Shown: positions 1 to 6,607 of the stretch, one piece after another
How positions within the stretch are numbered: position 1 is the stretch's first letter
Layout of the letters: each line of letters opens with the position of its first letter
Assembly: GCA_018985225.1 (NCBI GenBank)
Contig: JADGIF010000565.1
Span: 1-6,607, forward strand
Length of the DNA stretch: 6,607 bases
Origin: Amoeboradix gromovi X-113
Lineage: Eukaryota > Fungi > Sanchytriomycota
Reading direction: 5' to 3'
The notes under the pieces: generated by a model
Seen by the model: only the letters and a program-made list of their open reading frames with translations
What the model was told of the DNA's origin: nothing
Databases searched by the model: none
Program-made: the position numbers and the translations under genes

Positions 1-230
1 TCCCGCCTCAGGGTAGTGAAAGCGTGAGCAATCACTGTAACGGAGCATCCGGCATTGCTAGTTTCTCTGGAAATTCTCGATTTTTTTGGAAATAGGGACT
101 TTTAACGAGGAGAATAAATCACTACTTTCCATTAATTTTCACAATATCATGACCCTTTTTTTCATGGCAAATATGGATCGCCGCTGCATAAATATTTCAC
201 CAAGCATATTCAGGATAAAAATCTCGATGC

Positions 231-1876
231 GAATCATTCAGTAAGCGGATCGCACAGGTGAAATCTCAAGGTGCAGGTCAAGCTCAGTTGTATGCAGATT
301 CAAAGAGAATCAATCGCTCGATATGGCTCAGATAGGAATATGCTCAGTTTAGTTAGAAGGAAATCCATGTAATATGCATTTGAATGATCTTAGCGTAGTT
401 TTCAAGCAAGGTATCGAGTAGCAGAGCTTAATTGGATATCGGTTCAACACCATAGGAGTAAGTGATGGTATTAGCAACGATACGCCTGGTATGGCTTACT
501 CACTTCCTAGTCGCGAAATTATAGCAAACTCTTTGGAAACAGTTGATGGTGCACAGTATTATGACGGCTTTGTTGCTCTTCCTGGCTGTGATAAGAACAT
601 GCCCGGGTGCTCTATTGGTCTGACCCGATTAAATAGGCCCTGTCTAATTCTATACAGAGGAACAATTAGAGCTGGAAAGGCTGCTTGTCGTCCAAATGAG
701 AAATTAAATATTTTAAGCGCATTTCAGAGTTATGGAGAGTTTTTGACCGGAAAAATATCCAATGCAGAAAGATTCGATATTATTATACATGCTTGCCCTG
801 GTGCAGGTGTCTGTGTTGGTTTGTATACTTCCAATACTATGTCATTAGCTACTGAAGCTTTGGGCCTTTCATTGCCTTGCAGCTCTAGCACCCCTTCTAC
901 GGAACCAAATAAGATAGAAGAATGTAAACAGGCAGGCATCTTCCTGTGTATGCTCATGGTGAATGACATAAAACCTTCAGACATTCTTACCAAGCAGAGT
1001 TTGGAGAATGCATTAGTGCTAGTTATGGTGCTTGGTGGATCTACCAACGCTGTTCTAAATCTTATTGCTATCGCAAGGTCTGCCAGTATTGATTCAACTC
1101 TTGATGATGTACAAGCAGTCAGCGATAGAAACTCGTTGCTTGTCGATATGAAGCCAAGCGGCAAATGTGTTATGGAAGATTTGCACAATGTAGGAGGAGT
1201 GCCTGCTGTGCCTAAGTATCTGCGTAAGCAGGGATGAATTCATGGAGAATGTCTGACTGTCACTGGCTCAACAATGGCTGATAATTTATCAAAAGTGCCT
1301 GATCTAGATTTTGTCTGTCGATAATCCTATTAAAGAGACAGGACATATTCAAATAATTTACGGAAATATTGCCCCAGAAGGATCAGTAGCCAAAATCACA
1401 GCCAAAGAAGGAATGAAATTTAAGTGTGTAGCTCATTGCTTTAACAGGGAAGAGGAATTGTTAGCTGCAATTGAAAACAATGAAATAAAGAAGCAAAGTG
1501 TGATTTTTATAAGATATGAAGGACCAAAAGGAGGACCAGGAATGAAGAGATGTTGATTCCAACTTCAGCTATAATGGACGCAGGTTTAGGCAAAGATTTT
1601 GCGTAAATAACGGATAGAAGGTTCAGTTGAGGCTCTCATAAATTCATAGTTGGGCATGTGAGTCCAGAAGCACGTGTAGGAGAGCCGATTGCGCTTGTTA
1701 GGAACGGCGATATAATAGAAATAGATGCAGTGCAGCGATATATGAATACGAATGTAAGCGATGAAGAGAAGAAGATCTTTATTTAAAGCACCGCCCTTAA
1801 AGTTAAAAGAGGAGTATTGCATAAGTTCGTAAGAATAGTATCAAGTGCAAGTACAGGGTGCGTTACAGATGAATAA
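231..1876 (+). pseudogene. ILV3: Dihydroxy-acid dehydratase (Ilv3/IlvD, [2Fe-2S] type) pseudogene, essentially full length; original start probably near ATG 149 or 164
   Basis: Manual translation across frames: SFSKRIAQVKSQGAGQAQLYA (234-296) / frameshift ~297 / FKENQSLDMAQIGICSV*LEGNPCNMHLNDL...[38 protein letters not shown]...PGCDKNMPG...CPGAGVCVGLYTSNTM...GGSTNAVL...KQG*IHGECLTVTG...PDLDF / frameshift and deletion ~1312 / [26 protein letters not shown]...[10 protein letters not shown] / frameshift ~1547 / [40 protein letters not shown]...RGVLHKFVRIVSSASTGCVTDE* (TAA 1874-1876). Premature stops: TAG 350, TAG 419, TGA 1235, TAA 1604, TGA 1628, plus TAA 1784 inside a short frameshifted stretch. 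[24 protein letters not shown] and the SASxGCVTDE C-terminus are diagnostic DHAD motifs. Confidence 0.95.
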
Positions 1877-1883
1877 GCCACTA

Positions 1884-1889
1884 AATAAA
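1884..1889 (+). terminator. Putative AATAAA polyadenylation signal of the former ILV3 gene
   Basis: AATAAA begins 8 nt after the ancestral stop TAA (1874-1876). The hexamer is common in AT-rich DNA, so support is positional only. Confidence 0.3.
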
Positions 1890-2151
1890 TCAAATTGATG
1901 ATAAATCAGTCTTTGAATAAGATCTATACCCGACCAAGAGGCAAGCAAAAGTCGGATTACTTCATTTAATACCAGCAAGTGAGGGGTGTTGCTTCGGGGA
2001 TTGGAAATGATGCTGTCACAAGTATAACTCTTTTAGATATTTCGTAGCAGCCAAAAAGTAATTAGTTTTGAAACTTGACTCTTCTCAATCCAATTTTCTA
2101 AGATTCGACCCAAATTGCTACCAGACTAAGCAAGACATGGAACTAATACTA

Positions 2152-2157
2152 TTTATT
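2152..2157 (-). terminator. Putative AATAAA polyadenylation signal of the ATPase gene
   Basis: The minus strand reads TGA-A-AATAAA immediately after the ATPase stop codon; positional support only. Confidence 0.35.
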
Positions 2158-2158
2158 T

Positions 2159-5100
2159 TCATCTTGTTAATACACGGCTAATACCGTCAATTACGTCAGC
2201 TGGTCTAGTCTTAACACTTCCGAAATATCCCATTTTCAACAGCTGTTTCCTGATAGTATCCACAAAGAGTACAACCAGTCCAGTAACAAGACCCACCACC
2301 CAGACAACTGCAGGAGGACCATTGCTTTGCAAGACTGGCATCAATGCTGGTGTATACAACAAGAAATTAGTCACCGCCATGGACCAACATATAGCTACAA
2401 AGTGCGATTTGTTTTTGAATGAATTTAAAGTGAAGACGGTGTTAACCATTGATTTACAGGTGAACAAATCAAACATTTGTGGTACTACTATCATTAACCA
2501 ATAACTTGCACATGCTTGAGGATAGAGATAATTCCAGGCATCAATCGTAAACCCTCGAGCAAGTGTCCCATAACTTCCATCACTGTTTACTGGAAACACT
2601 TGATTACCCCACAACTCACCTGGACTCAAATAATAATGTACTCCTTCTAAATTCACTCCAATGTAGAACACTAAAAAGAACGCAAATGTGCCTCCTATCA
2701 TTTGGATTAAAGCAACTTGCACATATGCTTGAAATAGTAGATTAAAATCTATAAGTCTTGCACCACCTCTCTCAATTGGTGTCCATAGCCAGTGGTACCA
2801 CGGCTTAACTGGCTGATCAATATCCTCGATTTTGAAAGATTCAATTCTTTCTAATTGCATAGCATCCTCTGCATTGACAATTAAAGTGGACGGCTTGACC
2901 ACTCTTCTAGGGGCTTCGCTCATCAAATTAGAATCCTCGGGTTCGTTTACAAAACAAATTGCAGGAATTGAGTCGATAAACAAATCAATCATAATTATCA
3001 ATAGTGCACTACTTAATGCTGGAATTGGAAACACAATATACGCAAGAAACGCCCAAGCTTCTGCCATTATATGACTCATTGTATACAAAATGGCTTTTTT
3101 TAAATTTGCAAATACTAATCTACCCTGCGCAATCGCCTCTACTATGCTACTGAAGTCATCATCTAACAATAACATTTTTGCAGCTTCCTTGCTCACATCA
3201 CTACCACTGATATTCATACTGATACCTAAATCCGCTTTTTTTAAAGCAGGTGCATCATTAACTCCATCACCAGTGACAGCAACTACATGTCCCTTTGATT
3301 GACATCTAGCAACAATTTCCAGTTTCTGTTTGGGTGAGGTTCGGGAAAATACAACTTGAGTTTTATTTAAGATCTTGTTCCACTCTGTATTGGTTAGTGC
3401 ATGCATATTATCACCGTGTACAACTACAGCTTCATATTCATCCTCTCCAACACTTTCTATAGGTCTACCTAACTTGACAGCCGCTTGCTCTTTTGTGTTT
3501 CCAATCAATAATCCAACTTGCCGTGCTATAGCCTCTGCAGTCAACGGATGGTCACCAGTTACCATGAAAACTCTAATACCTGCTGTTTGGCAACTTGCAA
3601 TGGCTCTAGAAACTTTAGGTTTCGGTGGATCTTGCAATCCAATCAAGCCCAAAAACACATATTGATCAATTGGCACCTGGTCCTCTGCTGCTACTTTATC
3701 GTGCAATTCATGCATTGCCAATGCCAATACTCTTTGTCCTTGATTGGCTAATAATTTATACGCAGAATTAAATTCATCGATAAACTTGCTAGATATATCT
3801 GTTTTTACGCCGTTAGTTAGGTGGCTGGAACACATACTTAGTACTCGTTCTGGTGCACCTTTTAAAAATGCACAATATTTGTTCTTATATCTATTGATTG
3901 AAATGCTGTACTTGTTGAAGCTATTGAAACCAATTCCAAATACTAACGGATATTGCGCCATATAGTCATAATTTGCCTTTGATATGAATTTGTATATTGC
4001 AGTTTCTGTGGCATCTCCAAGGACTTCCCCATTTCTACCCATAACTACTTTGCTATTTAGTGCGCATGCTAAAATAAATGGATCATCTAAATTGACAATG
4101 TTGTACAATTGCTCTCCTAGCTTTTCTTTTGTACTGTACATGATATTAGATTGCCAAATGTTGACCACAGTCATTTTATTTAGGGTCATTGTGCCAGTCT
4201 TATCACTGCATATTAAAGTAACTGCCCCTAGTGTGTCTAAACCCTCGATGTCTTTAACAAGAACATTTTTTTTGACTAATCTGTTCGCTGCAAATGTTAG
4301 CATAAACGTAACAGTGGCTGGTAATCCTTGAGGGATATTCGAAGTAAAAATTCCAATAAAGAATGTGAAATTGGTTACCAAATTACCGTTTAAGCCCATA
4401 CCAATACAAAAGAAAAGAATTCCCATGACGATTGCGATGACTGATATTAATTTAACGAATCTATCAGTTTCTTCAGTAAGTGGACTTTTAAGATGTTTAG
4501 TTGTGTTGCTTAATTGGGTAATACTACCAATTACTGTATTCTGACCTGTGCGAATCACAATACCAACACAATCTCCTTGAACAATAAGTGTGCCAAAGAA
4601 ACATAAATTGTCAGCTTCCAAAGGATTCATTGTACTTGTACTTGACTTGCGAATTAATGGTTCAGCCTCCCCTGTTAAAGATGAGTTATCTACTTTGCAA
4701 CCCTGAGATTGTATGATGCGAATATCAGCCGGCACCTTGTCACCTTGTTTAACCTTTATTATATCGCCAACTACTAGGAATTTAGAATCAAGCAGAGAGA
4801 AATTAGTGCCACGCAAGACCATGGTACGTTGAGAAATGAGTGATGAAAAAGACTTTAAAATGCTCTGAGTTTTACTCTCCTGGATAGATGAAACTAGTGA
4901 ATTAAAGAACACCACAAAAAACAAGACCGCAGCTAAGTAATAGTTCGTAACAGTGTAGCTCACAGGGAAGGCTTGCAATACAAAGCACAAGAGACCGCAT
5001 ACACCCAACAAGATATTAAAGGTACCAAAGAAGTAACTAAAATATAACAAGATAAACGGTTTAGGTTTAGGGGATTTCAACTGATTTAAGCCAAACTTCT

Positions 5101-5335
5101 CCAATCGTGACTCTGCTTCTTGAGAACTTAACCCGGCCTCTATGCTGGTGTCGTATAGTTGCTCAACCTGTTTGATGCTCAAAATATGCTCTGTCATATC
5201 ATAACCTTGGACTGGTTTAGGGGGACTGGATTCGCTTGTATGCACTTTCTGGAATACAGTGATGTTCTCCTGTTGAATACCAATTTGGGTAGATTCTTCA
5301 ACGTTTAACAAGGTGCGATTGGCATCAAAATTCAT
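2159..5335 (-). CDS. P-type IIC cation-transporting ATPase alpha subunit (Na+/K+- or H+/K+-ATPase-like), 1058 aa, single exon
   Basis: Uninterrupted ATG..TGA ORF. Motifs: GLS-S-EA-RL-FGLNQL N-terminal signature, [25 protein letters not shown] (A-domain), [12 protein letters not shown] (phospho-Asp378), FNSFNKY and LKGAPE (N-domain), DPP, [67 protein letters not shown] and about 10 hydrophobic segments. These match the P2C subfamily better than SERCA, PMCA or ENA. Confidence 0.95.
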   Translation of the reverse strand: [1058 protein letters not shown]

Positions 5336-5372
5336 CTAAATAAACTAGGTATTACTCGCTTAAATAGCAAAG

Positions 5373-5520
5373 AAGTATGGCGTCTTCATACGTTGGGAAT
5401 CTTCCTGTCCAGTAGTTGTTGGCGATAATTATTGATTTGAGTTTCAGAAATGTTTTTTGGGATCTGTGCTCAAATAGGGACAAATCCGAACCTCAAACAA
5501 GCTTTAGGAGCGCCATACTT
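5373..5520. repeat. Nested inverted repeats upstream of the ATPase
   Basis: Perfect 10-bp arms AAGTATGGCG (5373-5382) and CGCCATACTT (5511-5520), with inner imperfect 18-bp arms at 5436-5453 and 5480-5497 (14/18 complementary). Confidence 0.4.
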
Positions 5521-5676
5521 TAGAAGTGTCCCCAAACTTTAAGGAAATATCGATTTTTAGTGGATTTTTTAAACTAAATAAATCTCGCATTTAACGTTAT
5601 CCATATAAATTAACCGTGTGAGGATATAAATCATATTACAAACTTGCTAAATTTATTTTAGTCTGTAGTAATATGC

Positions 5677-5716
5677 CTATAAAAAGAAATAAAAATCTAT
5701 AAAAGGAAATTCAAAG
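5677..5716. repeat. Imperfect 20-bp tandem duplication (2 copies), low complexity
   Basis: CTATAAAAAGAAATAAAAAT followed by CTATAAAAGGAAATTCAAAG (16/20 identical). Confidence 0.4.
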
Positions 5717-6607
5717 TACAGAACTAACGCTTTCTTCTTTTTGCTGCATTTCAGATTGAGGAGCTCTCTGTAAATAAATTATTTCATTCAAGCTAATCAA
5801 AGAATTCATCAATTATCTCTGTCATATCTGGAATATCATCATAAAACAGCAGCAGTTGTTCATATACACTGACTGCATCACTTAAAGATTCTATCCAGTT
5901 GTTTGCGCTTAAAGTGTTCTTTATCAAGTGCTGGGAAAATAAGATTCTGATATCTTTAGCGTGTTTGGTTTCATTCAGCTTTTTCACTTCGTCCAACGGG
6001 TTTTTCACATGAAATTTATTACCTAGCAAAGAATCGCTCACGTTCACGTTCTTTTGGTCATCCATAAAACTTGCCTGCTTGTGCTCCATTACTGGAAAAG
6101 ATTCCCAAACAACATCCCAGGCTTTATCGTAGTAAAATTTAACAAACTCCATTGTGTTCAAATAGGTATCCCACTCGAAAATAATTTTAGAGTTCGCGAA
6201 CAAGTTCTTAATACCATATCCGAATTCACCTAAAATGTTGACTATTTTGTTGACGCTTCTTCTAAATCTGTTAGAGCCAGAGTTGTCGCGATTTGTAGAG
6301 ATACTTCTTTTGAACAATCTTGTGGCATGTGACTTACTATCATGATTGACACCTTTTAATAACGCATCGTGCGAATTAGAAAACAACTACAACTGACCGC
6401 TGTCATCTTCATACATGCAATGGTCATCAAGAATGTTGATAAATGGTTTAATTTCATATTTTACATTATGCGGCAAACCGTAGTCTAATATTCTATGGAA
6501 AGCATCTAAGTGAGGATGGAAGAAATATACATCTTCATAATTTTGACGACGAATTTCAATTTCAAAAAAATTATTTTCCTGATTAATGGGAATGTACAGA
6601 TGTGTCT
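5711..6607 (-). pseudogene. 3' part of an unknown protein gene, truncated by the window edge and apparently disrupted (in-frame TAG at 6389-6387, probable 1-nt frameshift at ~5795)
   Basis: The frame of the 197-aa track ORF (TTG start, 6386) is also open for 72 codons upstream to the window edge (THLYIPINQENNFFEIEIRRQNYEDVYFFHPHLDAFHRILDYGLPHNVKYEIKPFINILDDHCMYEDDSGQL*LFSNSH...), broken only by one TAG. Removing one T at the terminal GAT-TAG gives ...EFFD-SLNEIIYLQRAPQSEMQQKEESVSSVL* ending at TGA 5713-5711. No family is recognised, and an intron explanation is not excluded. Confidence 0.55.

Noticed and set aside
491-1556. Track ORFs 491-1237 and 1311-1556 as a functional split DHAD
   Set aside because: They lack the N-terminal PCNMH cysteine and the C-terminal TDGRFSG catalytic region, and they carry substitutions at invariant positions. 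They are simply the longest stop-free pieces of the pseudogene.
350-1630. Stop-codon reassignment (e.g. TAR=Gln as in Amoeboaphelidium protococcarum, or TGA=Trp) or RNA editing to explain the ILV3 stops
   Set aside because: The stops fall at different consensus residues (TAG at Trp 350, TGA at Leu 1235, TAA at Leu 1604, TGA at Gly 1628) and coexist with frameshifts and missense damage. The 1058-codon ATPase has many Gln and Trp residues but no internal stop codon.
340-1700. Repeat-induced point mutation (RIP) as the cause of decay
   Set aside because: G>A changes occur in mixed contexts (TpG, CpG, GpG, ApG) alongside many transversions and indels, rather than a CpA/TpG-specific transition pattern.
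297-1800. Introns explaining the ILV3 frameshifts
   Set aside because: At each break the sequence is collinear with or shorter than the family consensus; there is no extra GT..AG sequence to remove.
730-1822. Minus-strand ORFs 730-1188 and 1586-1822
   Set aside because: Antisense shadows of the DHAD sequence, with no recognisable motifs.
1930-1993. Two small hairpins (CCGAC/GTCGG and AGCAA/TTGCT) suggesting an ncRNA
   Set aside because: The stems are only 5 bp, and there is no tRNA cloverleaf, convincing Sm site or snoRNA box arrangement.
2564-2580. SYGT in the M7-M8 loop as the beta-subunit-binding SYGQ motif
   Set aside because: Only 3 residues match and they are offset by about 3 positions relative to M8; too weak to infer a beta subunit.
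2322-4331. Eight short plus-strand ORFs inside the ATPase
   Set aside because: Antisense shadows of the long CDS, mostly with non-ATG starts and no protein features.
4661-4675. TGEA instead of TGES as an inactivating change
   Set aside because: The catalytic TGE is intact and the fourth position varies among active P-type ATPases.
5377-5415. Plus-strand MASSYVGNLPVQ* resembling an RRM RNP2 motif
   Set aside because: It stops after 12 codons and no RNP1-like sequence follows in any frame; likely chance.

Overview
AT-rich, gene-dense eukaryotic DNA with no introns in its two recognisable genes, most consistent with a compact-genome early-diverging fungus or relative (inference from protein style; the organism cannot be fixed from sequence alone). 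There are three loci. (1) A full-length but decayed dihydroxy-acid dehydratase (ILV3/IlvD) pseudogene on + (~149/231-1876), with at least 5 premature stops, several frameshifts and substitutions in invariant motifs; the ORF track shows only two of its fragments. (2) An intact single-exon P-type IIC (Na+/K+-, H+/K+-like) ATPase alpha subunit on - (2159-5335) with an atypical ion-binding pocket: M4 PEGL is PQGL, His sits at the S775/K791 position, the M9 glutamates and C-terminal YY are absent, and the M6-M7 loop has a ~44-aa insertion. (3) An unknown minus-strand gene running off the right edge, interrupted by an in-frame TAG and probably a 1-nt frameshift, so possibly a second pseudogene. No RNA genes, CRISPR arrays or mobile elements are supported. 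I see no novel multi-gene system; the main points of interest are the unusual pump and the gene decay on both sides of it.
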